Below, piece by piece: positions 1 through 10,766 of a stretch of DNA of 64,000 nucleotides. Origin of the DNA: Alloascoidea hylecoeti (taxonomy: Eukaryota). Location of the stretch: positions 619,506 to 683,505 of the forward strand of contig BCKZ01000010.1 of NCBI GenBank assembly GCA_001600815.1, read 5' to 3'. Positions within the stretch are counted from its first letter, which is position 1. Each line of letters begins with the position of its first letter. Both the position numbers and the translations under genes were made by a program. The notes beneath the pieces were generated by a model. The model saw only the letters and a program-made list of their open reading frames with translations. It did no database searches and was not told where the DNA came from.

Positions 1-431
1 AATAATTTTCCTATAACGCTTTAAAATCGCTTACACAACAATGAGCTTAGAGATTTATATTAAACAACTAAATGACACCATGCAAGAATTAGTGAAGCTC
101 AAGGAGGAGAAGGAACAAAAGGCCCGTGCTGTGATCTGTGGTAATTTCGAAGAACTAAATAATGAAGTTGAATATGAAGCCTCAACCCTCGCCATCTCCA
201 GTCTCTATGCTTTGTTTAACTATGCAGTACAACACTCAATGAGAAGTACAGTTATCGATTTTAAGAACGCCTACACAAACTCTAATATTGATGGTGATGT
301 TTATATACGTGCTCCTAAATATTATTATGAATTATATGGTGAGAATATCAAATACAAATTACTAAGAGCTCTTTATGGGTTAAGACGAAGCGGGGCTCTT
401 TGGCAAGGTCATATCATCAAATACTTAGAAG
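1..431 (+). mobile_element. Internally deleted Ty1/copia copy: LTR 3' end (1-40) and leader (41-116) joined directly to an RT N-terminal fragment
   Basis: 1-116 is the reverse complement of 3214-3329 (1 mismatch). ORF 41-454 has copia RT motifs KARAV.CG, DFKNAY, VYIRAP and LLRALYGLRRSGALW. Confidence 0.9.
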
Positions 432-639
432 AATATTTAGGAGCACGTATATAAACATCACCATCAATATTAGAGTTTGTGTAGGCGTTCTTAAAATCGA
501 TAACTGTACTTCTCATTGAGTGTTGTACTGCATAGTTAAACAAAGCATAGAGACTGGAGATGGCGAGGGTTGAGGCTTCATATTCAACTTCATTATTTAG
601 TTCTTCGAAATACCACAGACCACAGCACGGGCCTTTTGT
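115..639. repeat. Long inverted repeat (arms 115-323 and 432-639, ~108-nt spacer)
   Basis: Arms are reverse complements except one substitution (gtgatc/gtggtc) and one 1-bp indel (ggtaatttcg/ggtatttcg). Confidence 0.97.
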
Positions 640-3289
640 ACCTTTTTCTCAATTCCATCTTTATCCAAAACAATTTTGTCACTTAATACCCATTTACTTG
701 GTAATAAAGGTGCATCGGCTGGAATATCCAGTACATCAATAACCGGTTCTAAAGTATGTTCCAGTAATGTGTCTAATTCCGTCTTCATTGCGTGCTTGTA
801 TTTCGCAAAGTTATCAGATATTATCATAATATCATGCTTCAATCTAGATCTTGTTGTTCTTTTGTTGGTAACAGGAATCTCTTCATTTGTGTTAATGTTG
901 AGTTCCTTTTGAAGCCTATTTAACCTTTTGTTGCGTTTACTTGGCTCATCAATATAGACAACTGATCTAGTTTCAGCATTATCTCCAACGATGTTTGTTG
1001 TAGGTTTATGATCATTATTATCCTTATTTTCATCATTACTATGAGTATCATCATATATATCTTCCAATGATTCATTACCGATATTGAAATTATTTACTTC
1101 AACTTCAACGTTATCATGGTTATTATTATTATTATTATCCGCATGTTTCCATTTATGATTATAGACAATATTGTTGTCTTCAATATCATCAAGATCTTCA
1201 ACCGTTTCTTCATTATTATCTTTAATATTGAAAACCTTCATATTATCTTTAGATTCTTTAACAACCACATAATGCTTGGTTGCTATTCTTTTCTTAAACC
1301 CCTTTCCATTGGTTTCAATCAGAGCACCCCAAGGAGAGTCTAAACGAAAACCAAGATAGATGCCAGTATTACCTCCAACTTCTCCTTATTGAAAGGAATT
1401 CTATAAACAACCTTTGTACCAAATGGATGTATATGCGACTTGCTAAATATATCTCGTAACCCCAAATTTTCATAAGCGTTTGTCACAATATTTCTCATAA
1501 TAATACAATATTGAGAACAAACATCCCAATATGAATCATTCAAGCCACAACCTTCTAAAGTGGATCTTACCAAATCCATTACTGTTCTGTTCTCGCGTTC
1601 CACACTTCCGTTTGACATGGGTGTATCAGCCGTATTCAAATACATCCTCGCCCGATTTAAATTTCAAAATATACCCAAATAGACAACCAGTAGTGGTTTC
1701 TTTTAGCAATAGTAAGTACCTATTTCCGTGTCCAACAATTGGACCAGNAATATCCATAAAATAAGAATTTTTATAAGTTCTATATTCAATTGGTTTAGTN
1801 ATAGATTTCGATCTGGTAGCCTTTCCTTTTAAGCAAGCTAAACATTGAAATTGCTTGTCATTATTAATAACCATTTTCTCTTCATTGCTAAGGACGTCAC
1901 TCCTTTTCAAGATTGACATAGAAATATGACCATATTTTTCATGTACATANTTGGAAGTTAAAAGCATGTTTGATTTTTCTTCCTTTTTAACAATCACCAG
2001 GTTTGACGACTCAATAGTTGGATATCCATCATACCTTTGAACAGAAACCAACTCGTTNCCATTATTATCTGTTAAGACATCATATTCACCTTCCCTGTAG
2101 TATATTTTATTTTTGCGTAGAGCTTTCGTCGCAATGATATTGGGACAACTAGCTTTGTTGATTAACACAGCCGGTACAGGTACAAANTTTCCATTACCAA
2201 CCTTTAGTCTAATCTCAGCCGTTCCAATAATGTCCAATTTCTTGCTTTCACCTATTCCTTTAAGTATTGGTAAAGCTTCCCTTTCATAAGCAGTCATATT
2301 TTCCAAAGGTTTATAATCATGTAGATTTACCACAGAATGATACGCACCAGTATCCAGCACCATACGATCCTTAGAATGATCATATTCATACTCATTGTTG
2401 ATAAGGCCCATTAAAAACATGTTACTCTTCTTATCTATTTCCCTCTTGGGACATTGTATAGCAATGTGGCCATATTCACCACATTCCCCACATAACTTGG
2501 TCCAACATCTGGAAGCACTGTGCCCCATTTTCTTACACTTGGAGCACATCCATTTGTTTCTTCTCTCGCCATAATTTTCTTTTCCCCTTTTATTAATTAC
2601 TGCAATAGTTTTGGCAGGGTTATCGAGAAGTAACGTATTTTCCAGGTTTTCCATCTTCATCTTGATGGATTCTATGTCTGGTTCCTTTTGAGTGCCAAGC
2701 TCCTTCTTGACTATATCGTATTCACCAATTAAACAGTTCAATAGAAATTGTGCTTCAAAGTATGGAGGCATTCTATTTCCTGACGTATCTTCAATATCTA
2801 CCAATATTCTTTCATATTTGGTCAAGAATTGGGCTACTGTTTGATCAGTCCCATCAAATTTTAGTTCTGTCAATTCCCTAATACTAGATGTAACGGGAAT
2901 AAATTTCATCACAGCTGATTTTAGTCTTTTGTAGCTGTATAAAGCACCCCTTTTGGTGTCAACATAGACTTTTAATTCATTTGAGATAGATCCCAAAATC
3001 AATTTCATTACTTCATCGTGATTACAAGCTTCTTCATGGCTCATTTCTTTCAGATACAAAGTATCATCATTTTCGTCGATGAACCGAGTTAATCCCATTC
3101 GACGAACAGCACCAGTAAATCCAAAATCCCAAGGTTTAAACGAATCTCTTTCCAAAGTTAATTTGGACATTCCACGGAGTTGGGACGATGCAGACGCATC
3201 CGCGCCGCTACCAGTTCCTTCTCCTCCTTGAGCCTCACTAATTCTTGCATGGTGTCATTTAGTTGTTTAATATAAATCTCTAAGCTCAT
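432..3289 (-). mobile_element. Defective Ty1/copia gag-pol (gag, protease, integrase, truncated RT)
   Basis: ORF 1626-3170 has two CCHC knuckles (CSKCKKMGHSASRC, CGECGEYGHIAIQC), protease VLDTGA, integrase HEKYGH..CLAC and MDIxGP. ORF 1340-1645 has TPMSNGSVERENRT and HPFG. ORF 597-1268 has AMKTELDTL, LPSKWV and KARAV. PR-IN-RT order is the copia order. Frameshifts near 1635, 1375 and 612; no YxDD, RNase H or 3' LTR. Confidence 0.93.
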
Positions 3290-3600
3290 TGTTGTGTAAG
3301 CGATTTTAAAGCGTTATAGGAAAATTATTAATCTATTCTCAGTTATTTTATTATAAGTGGAGATCGTCTACTCTTTATATATGTAATTTAATCTACGCCT
3401 CAAAATGTTCTAAATCTTCTAAGGGCATGATGTTTCAAGCTAATAAACCCAATACGTAAATCACCAAGTCTGAGAAACTTAGTCTAACTAGAAGGTATAA
3501 GTTTCCATCTATCTTTGCACAAGCACCAACCACGCAAAACACAAACAGACGCAAGAACCTAAAGATAAATAAGGATAGGGAGTAAACGGTTCCAGAAACA
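3290..3600 (-). mobile_element. Putative 5' LTR (~311 bp)
   Basis: Minus strand begins TGTT and ends AACA; contains TATATAAAG followed by AATAAA; its last 40 bp recur at 1-40. The outer boundary (3600) is inferred only from the terminal motif. Confidence 0.7.
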
Positions 3601-3609
3601 AAATTTGGT

Positions 3610-4451
3610 AATCAGTGATATAATACATATATTTAACTAAAGTAGCCAAACTTTCTAGAAAAGATATATTGTTTCGTTCTTCTAAGTTATTCTGCTTATT
3701 CCATTAAATGTTAACTCTATGTGGTCAGTGCCTTTTGTAAATTTGTTTCAATATATCAGGCTTCACAAGTTTCATTAGTCTGGATATTTCTGAAATCGAA
3801 ATCATTAATTGTAAGACAATTATAAACAAACAAACAGATAACTGACTTGTTGTAATATACCTGTAAAATATAAATCCAGTAATAACGGTAATTCAACAAT
3901 TTCTTCCTATCCTCCTAAAATCAAGATTTCAAAAATTAGTAAATAAACAATAACAACCTCCAAAAACAACAAATGTATTTACCTTTCTTAATCTTTCTTC
4001 CAACCCTCTTGTTATAATAAGCAATAACATTAATATTAATTAATTCATCCATGAATTTCTCATCGCCAGTTATCCTATTATACCAACTTGATATAAATTG
4101 TCTTAAAAATAAACCAATTAAACAATATAATTCTAAATCAATTGAATTTGAACTCGTTAAAGCTGGTAATAAATCTTGATAATCATTATCTGATTTTTCA
4201 TTTCGATAAAATAAATTTTAGTAAATATTCAGGTGAATATTTTGGTAATAATATTAAACATCTCTTGATATGGATCTTGATATTGATGATGGTGGATCAA
4301 AAGGTACAGTATATCTGGTAAAAGTTCTATCTGATTGAGGGTTAATTATTTATGAATGGGGAGATTGTGATCTGAAGAATTTATAACGAGAGAAGTTTGG
4401 ATTACTACAATACATTGATTAATGTTGTTGTTGTTAGTAGATAAATGACAT
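3610..4451 (-). pseudogene. Frameshifted PXA-domain protein gene abutting the LTR
   Basis: Minus strand ~3985-4190 reads DLLPALTSSNSIDLELYCLIGLFLRQFISSWYNRITGDEKFMDELINI, then after a 1-nt shift IAYITRGLEERLRK, resembling fungal PXA domains. Intron-like donor/branch/acceptor signals follow; there are stops and shifts upstream. Confidence 0.7.
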
Positions 4452-4759
4452 TTTGCAATATATTAATCTTTTTATTTTTTTTTATTTTTAATCCTTCCAT
4501 CGTTGCATGATATTTATACTAAAGATATCTTTTCCATAACTAAAATTAAAACTAAACATGACCCCAAGATTTTTATGCTCATAATTATATATATCAAAAA
4601 CTATAATTGTTAGCCTATTCTATGAACCCAGTTAATAATTGATCTAGTCGTTCAAACAAATCATTAAAAGCTATTACACTTCTCGCTTTTTTAAGGTAAA
4701 AAAATGTAACCTAAAACCCCAAATTCCTCTCCAGAACATGAGAATATCAAATATGTTGT

Positions 4760-5544
4760 CTATATTTTCCTCAATTGTAGAACCTTCTCGTCATCTATTA
4801 TATTCCCGGACGTAAGTTTCTCTACCTCATTCAATATATTGTTCAATTTGCCATAAATTTCATGTGATTCTTTAGCTATATTATTCATTTTAACAAGCTC
4901 TTGTTCATTTTCTTTCTTTAACGTATCAAGGACATCCTCCAACTTCTTCTTGGTGTTTTTTTTGCGCTCAAGTAAATGTGTCTGTAATATTTGATCTGGT
5001 GTTATCGTATCAGGACTATCAAATAGCGTCATCATTAGAACGCCAATTCCTCTTAAAATAAAATATAAATTACTTACAATAATGGAGCATCTACATCATC
5101 TCTTTTTGCTTTTCCATCCATTTCTGACCATCTCTTCTGTCGTTTCTTACCTTCTAATATTATTCCATCCAATTCATCCAATTTTCTCTTAATATCTCGT
5201 TCTTTCCAGATGCTATTAAATTCCCTTTCACTACTAGTCTCCCAAAACTTTTTAATATCCTCTAGACCTTGATTTAACCATCCTTTCCCTACATTGTGAC
5301 TAGCTATTTTAGGATAGCAAGATACCATTGTATCGTAGGTTAAGGATTTTGTACATTGTTGAAGACAACGATAAGCTAAAGTTTGGAGTCGATCATATCG
5401 TACTGTTTGTGCATTATTTTCAGTAGGTTTAGATGTAGTAATTACATTTTTCTTTTCTGTATCCGACAGTATTTTTTTACCATCCTCTGACTCCTTTTCC
5501 TTTTCCTTTTCCTTATTTTTATCGCTGGATTTCTTTTCTGTCAT
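4760..5544 (-). CDS. NNF1: Kinetochore MIND complex subunit Nnf1 (2 exons: 5544-5078, 5015-4760)
   Basis: RYDRL..CYP..EREFNSIWKERDIKRKLDELD Nnf1-like segment; GTAAGT donor at 5077, CTAAT branch and TAG acceptor at 5016; C-terminal coiled coil. Confidence 0.8.
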
Positions 5545-6677
5545 TATCTTAATTGTTTGTTTGTTTGTTTGTATTTTAGCTATAGATTTAATACGTGTCG
5601 TGATTGTAGGGTAACACTAAGATTACTTTGTTAAATTGTTGACCAGTCCAAACGAAACGAGATTCATCAGTTGAGTATCGAATAGAATCATCGAAGAAAT
5701 GATGATTTGTTTATTTATTCATTTAATTTATTAATATTAATAAATTAATGCCATCATTTTATTAGTATTCCTGAAAGATTTAAAAATGGCGTCTGCAACT
5801 AATAATGATGCTTAATTATAAAATTAAATGATAACCAATAATCTGATCTTTTGACTATGAATATTTATCTGGTTGGTAAGTACACATTTACTGGGGTTTC
5901 AATGAGCCGTCCTAGCTTTACCCCTTGTTGACTCTGCAAGATAGCTACTGATGTTGCTAGCTTCTAAATATATTAACCATTAATTAATATATATTATTCA
6001 ATCCAATTTACAAGCCCCAGGTGAATTAATATTCATTCAATTCTGAAATAAATCACAAGCTCCAATTACCATAATATTTCGGTGATCATTTATTATAGAT
6101 GGTTAACTAACTAAAATTAAACAAAACAAGCGAATTAATTAAATATTTATACTACAGAAAATTTGTTAGATGGAAAGAAAAAAAATTAGATACACTTTGA
6201 AATAACATTATAATTATGTACTTTCAATTTTGGGTTCAAATTATGATAAACAAATATAAAAAATTAAATAATATAAATTATATAAAAAGTTATTAAAAAG
6301 GCAAGTTACCAAATGCATAGCATAATATCCAAACTGGCAAGCTCATTAGGTAGAGGTATAGAAACATAGATAAAAATGAGAAAAGGTATATGATTATTGA
6401 TATTGATATTGCAATTAATTATTGAAAATTAAATATTATAGATTGAACAATAACTATACGACATACAATGATTCAATATGTTCATTATATATAGATAAAA
6501 AAAATTAAAAGAAGCTTTTTCTTTACTAATTATGAAGTCCTTCTTTTTATAAATGTAAAAGTGTCTGTATATTTTTTGTTAATTTTGTTTTTTGTTTACC
6601 ATAATTAAATGATAAAGTTCATAAATGTTTGTAATTTTTGTTTTTTGTCTTGATAAATTTTGTGCAATTCATTAAAA

Positions 6678-9600
6678 TTAATGTTTATTACCACTAGAAC
6701 TATGATAATGATGAGTCGGTGATAATTGTTGTTGATAATAATGAGGAAATTTCCCCTTAATTGGAGAATTAACACCAGAAATTTTACTAGGTCGAATTAG
6801 TTGTGATGGTGTTAAAGTATCAATAGATGGTTTTAAAATCGATGTTTGACCATTACCTCGTATTATAATTGGCTTACTACCTATAAATGGATGTGATGTT
6901 CCAATTCCAGGTATGATACGATCATCTGATCGTTTTTTATCACTTGATATTGTTCTTCCTTCAATTGACTTATTACCTATGAATGAGTGTGATGTTCCAA
7001 GTCCAGGTGTAGCATGATCAGCTGGTTTCTTTTTATCAACAGATGATGTTCTTCTTTCAATTGGTTTATGATTACTATATCTACCATGACCAGAAGTTGA
7101 AACTTTTGGTTTAATATTAGTATCTTTTGAAATTGGTAATGGGTTTGAATTCATTTCATTATTGATTTTTGAAATTGATGAGTTTTTTTTATGTTTATAT
7201 CTACTCCTTCCTCTTTCATAAAAACTACGTTTTTGTTGAACGTCTTCATTTGTTGATTCATTTGAATTTTTGATTGAATTATCTTTAAGAGGTTTCCTTT
7301 CAATATCATCGGTCATATTATTTGTTTCAACTTTTTCATTTAAATTTTTGGTAGAGTTGTATCTAAGAGGTTTTCTTTCAATATCATCTGTCATATTATC
7401 TGTTTCAATTCTTTCATTTAAATTATTTCTTTCAATATCATCAGTTATATGGTTTGTTTCAAATTTTTCATTTAAGTTTTTGGTAGAATTGTATCTAAGA
7501 GATGCTCTTTCAATATCATCGGTTATATTATTTATTTCGATACTTTGATTTAAATTTAAATCTGTTTTATTTATAGATTCAGATTCAATATCATTATCAT
7601 TTGAATTTAAAACTTTATCTGTTTCTAGCCAAGTAGTAAATTTATTTGTTTGGGTAATAGAATCTTTATAAACATGAGTTGATTGTTCTGTATTGCCTGT
7701 ATCAATTTCTTTTGATTTATTTGGTACTTCAGATTTTTGTTTATCAGTTTCCATTTCACTTTCAATCTTAGAATCTATTTCACTTTCATTTTCCCTTTCA
7801 TTTTCATTTTCAACATTATTACCAAAATCTTTTAAATCAACAGAATTATTATAATATTTTTTATTTAAAATATCTTGCCATTCAATATCATCTTCAATAT
7901 TATCAGTTTTAATAATCATTTGTTGTAATTGAGATCTAATATTTTTGCTTTTTATATCATCTTCATCTTCATCTTTGGAAATTTCTTCTTCGTCATTATT
8001 ATTATTATTATTATTATTATTAAAATTAGTAGTTGTTTGAGCTAATGGTGAATGTTTTTGTGGTATATTATTTCCATTATTTAAATTCATTGTTGAAATT
8101 TGATTAATATTTTTATTTTTATTTGAACCTTTAAAAATATTATTTAAACTGAATTTATTATTTTTAGTTTCTTTTTGGGTATTTTTATCTTTATTTTTAT
8201 TTTCTTCTTTATGATCAATTTTTGATTTACTTTCTAATTCAGTTTGTAACATACTTGTAGATTTTGATTTTGATAAATGAGTAATTTGAACACTTGAAAG
8301 AAGTTCATTTTTAAGAGGTTTATTAATAAGTTCATGTTCATCTGTTGAAGATCGAGTTAATGGTGATGGCTTAATTGGGTTGTTTGAAGAATTTGAAGAA
8401 TGTAAAGAAGATGTTGGCTTTTCAGTAGAGGCGGTTTCTAAACTATAAACACTAGGTACCAATGAACTAGTAGATAATTCTCTTTTTATTGATGTAGTTA
8501 AATTAGAATGAGTAGGATCATTATTATTATTATTTGAAGTTGAAGTGGAAGTTGAAGTTGAAAATGAATATGATTTTGAAGATGTATTGTTTAAAGTTGA
8601 ATTTGATGATGAACTCCGTGTAATATGTGATAATAAATTACTTGAATAATGACTAGAGTTTGAATTGTTATTACCGTTGAAGCTTGTAGGTGAACTATCA
8701 TCAATACTTGGTCTTGAGTTTGAAGGATTATAATCAATTGTAATATTTGAAATTGAATTTGAAATTGAATTTGAAATTGAATTTGAAAATGAATTTGAAT
8801 GATTAATTGTATTATTTTTATTTGAATGAAGATGGTTAACAAGTAAAGAATCGGCAGATGATGAATAAACAGCAGATGATTGTTGGTATAATCTTGGTCT
8901 TGAAGTTGATGTTGATCTTATACTATTTACTTCAAGACTTGAATTTGAACCATCAATATTATTATTTAAATTATCACCACCACCAAGACTTATTAAATTT
9001 ATTACTTCAGGAATTATAATCTTTGCATTTTCAATTAAAAATTGAGTAGTTGTCCTTGATAATTCATATTCTTCAGGTTTTAAAGTATGTGCAGGATGGG
9101 ATAAAATACATGGTTGAAAAATCGCAGCAATATTAAAAGCAGTCATTAAGTTTTTTTCTTCATTTTCTTGAAATAAAAACATAATTTCTAATAAATATAA
9201 TAATAAATTTCTATTTAATGATGGTAATTTTGAAATTTTAAAAATATATTTATTTGTTGCTCTTGCTGATTCTCTTAATAATTTAAAATCTGAATCTGAA
9301 AGACCAGCTTTTGTTGGAGCATCTGTATCAAATGGTGATAAATCATCTAAAATATCATGATTATTTGTTTTTAAATTAAATGTTGAATAAGTTGGTGATA
9401 AATCATCTTCTTTTTCTCCTGTAGTTGTAGTTGTAATTGTTTGTTTTTTTTCTTCAACTTCTGGTAACATTGCTTTTTTCCTTAATTTATTAATTAAACC
9501 AGGATATCTTTTAATTTGATTTCTAATGTCTTCATATTGATCTAATGGTATTATTGGTTCAGGTAAACTATTTAAATATCTTCTTAAAACATTTGCAACA

Positions 9601-10547
9601 TCATGAACATTAAAATTATGATTTTCCCAATTAATATTAGAACCATAATTAGTTGAAGAATCATTAAAAATCGATTGTAATTCACGGATTCTTTTTGCTG
9701 AACCACTTAGTCTAAATATACCTTCAATATCAGTTGCATTTTGTAATAAATATTCACCGCATTTTACAATTATTGTTGGTAAATTTGTATAAGAGAATGG
9801 AGTCGTTGAATCTGAAGTATATAACCTTGAAATTACAGATTCATTTGTATATGAAATAGATAGTGCTAAAGTTAAACCAAATATTTCACCAGGTGTATCT
9901 GTAGATGGTGAATAATCCAAACTTGTTTTATTAGTCGGTTCCTCTTCTGGTTGAAGTTGAGGAGACTTTTGATTTGAAGATTTGAAAGAATGGAAAAGTG
10001 CGTTTCTTGAAGATTTGGGTTTTACATGTTTACCTTTTCGTTTTGGAGGCGGTTGTAAAGCAAAGTTAATAGCTTGAGATATAGATTGGTCTTGTGAAGG
10101 ATAGGGAGTTACAGGATTGGAGGACAAGGAGGTTGATATTGATGTGGGGTTGGAATTAGAGGTTGCGTTTGAGGTTCTTGGTTCAGAAATGGATGGAGAG
10201 GAGGTTTCATTGACATCGAAATGGGCCTTATCTGGAGTGAATATTTGTTTGAACCAATCGTTTAATTTGGTAGAGGATGAAGATGAAGGGCTTTCATCAT
10301 GCTCCCTTGGTTTTGAGGGAGAATGGGCCGATAAAAAAAGGGTGGTTCTACGACGCAAACGAGAATGCGAACGAGAACGAGAACGCTTTGATTCCTGGGA
10401 CTCGTGAGATTCCCTGGACTCTGTGGATTGGGATGAGTCTCGTGAAGATGAGGATCCGCTTCTACTGGATCTGGACCTGGCCCTGGCGAAGGGCGGAGCG
10501 GGAGGGTCCATGCCGTCCAGCATGCCGTCCAGCGGGTTGATCATCAA
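6678..10547 (-). CDS. SAC7: Rho GTPase-activating protein, Sac7/Bag7-like, with a long low-complexity C-terminus
   Basis: IFGLTL..S; KCGEYLLQNATDIEGIFRLSGSAKRIRELQ (arginine finger); HDVANVLRRYLNSLPEPIIP; NLMTAFNIAAIFQP..LSHP. Lies directly downstream of RVS167. Confidence 0.85.
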   Translation of the reverse strand: MMINPLDGMLDGMDPPAPPFARARSRSSRSGSSSSRDSSQSTESRESHESQESKRSRSRSHSRLRRRTTLFLSAHSPSKPREHDESPSSSSSTKLNDWFKQIFTPDKAHFDVNETSSPSISEPRTSNATSNSNPTSISTSLSSNPVTPYPSQDQSISQAINFALQPPPKRKGKHVKPKSSRNALFHSFKSSNQKSPQLQPEEEPTNKTSLDYSPSTDTPGEIFGLTLALSISYTNESVISRLYTSDSTTPFSYTNLPTIIVKCGEYLLQNATDIEGIFRLSGSAKRIRELQSIFNDSSTNYGSNINWENHNFNVHDVANVLRRYLNSLPEPIIPLDQYEDIRNQIKRYPGLINKLRKKAMLPEVEEKKQTITTTTTGEKEDDLSPTYSTFNLKTNNHDILDDLSPFDTDAPTKAGLSDSDFKLLRESARATNKYIFKISKLPSLNRNLLLYLLEIMFLFQENEEKNLMTAFNIAAIFQPCILSHPAHTLKPEEYELSRTTTQFLIENAKIIIPEVINLISLGGGDNLNNNIDGSNSSLEVNSIRSTSTSRPRLYQQSSAVYSSSADSLLVNHLHSNKNNTINHSNSFSNSISNSISNSISNITIDYNPSNSRPSIDDSSPTSFNGNNNSNSSHYSSNLLSHITRSSSSNSTLNNTSSKSYSFSTSTSTSTSNNNNNDPTHSNLTTSIKRELSTSSLVPSVYSLETASTEKPTSSLHSSNSSNNPIKPSPLTRSSTDEHELINKPLKNELLSSVQITHLSKSKSTSMLQTELESKSKIDHKEENKNKDKNTQKETKNNKFSLNNIFKGSNKNKNINQISTMNLNNGNNIPQKHSPLAQTTTNFNNNNNNNNNDEEEISKDEDEDDIKSKNIRSQLQQMIIKTDNIEDDIEWQDILNKKYYNNSVDLKDFGNNVENENERENESEIDSKIESEMETDKQKSEVPNKSKEIDTGNTEQSTHVYKDSITQTNKFTTWLETDKVLNSNDNDIESESINKTDLNLNQSIEINNITDDIERASLRYNSTKNLNEKFETNHITDDIERNNLNERIETDNMTDDIERKPLRYNSTKNLNEKVETNNMTDDIERKPLKDNSIKNSNESTNEDVQQKRSFYERGRSRYKHKKNSSISKINNEMNSNPLPISKDTNIKPKVSTSGHGRYSNHKPIERRTSSVDKKKPADHATPGLGTSHSFIGNKSIEGRTISSDKKRSDDRIIPGIGTSHPFIGSKPIIIRGNGQTSILKPSIDTLTPSQLIRPSKISGVNSPIKGKFPHYYQQQLSPTHHYHSSSGNKH
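7265..7545 (-). repeat. Degenerate coding tandem repeat (TDDIER...NLNE units, ~4 copies) in the RhoGAP
   Basis: Recurrent ctttcaatatcatc blocks near 7300, 7378, 7430 and 7508. Confidence 0.85.
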
Positions 10548-10766
10548 TAAAGAGGTGATGGAGTACTAGTGTATCAACATCAAAAAGAGGTCAAAATAGT
10601 ATTTTAGTAGGGATTTGGGAACTCTAACTTTACTGTTTGCACTACGAACGCCTTGTAACCTCATTACCGTCTAAAATACTCGACCTCGTATCTTCTCGTA
10701 CACAAACGTTAATTAATGGCTTTGTTTCATTCAACTATATAACCTTATTTAATATTGGTATATTTA

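Noticed and set aside
560..1764. Plus-strand ORFs 560-742, 676-912, 1116-1343, 1531-1764
   Set aside because: Antisense shadows of the copia pol region.
5720..6110. Coding-like fragments (e.g. minus HRNIMVIGACDLF)
   Set aside because: Too short and interrupted to assign to any family.
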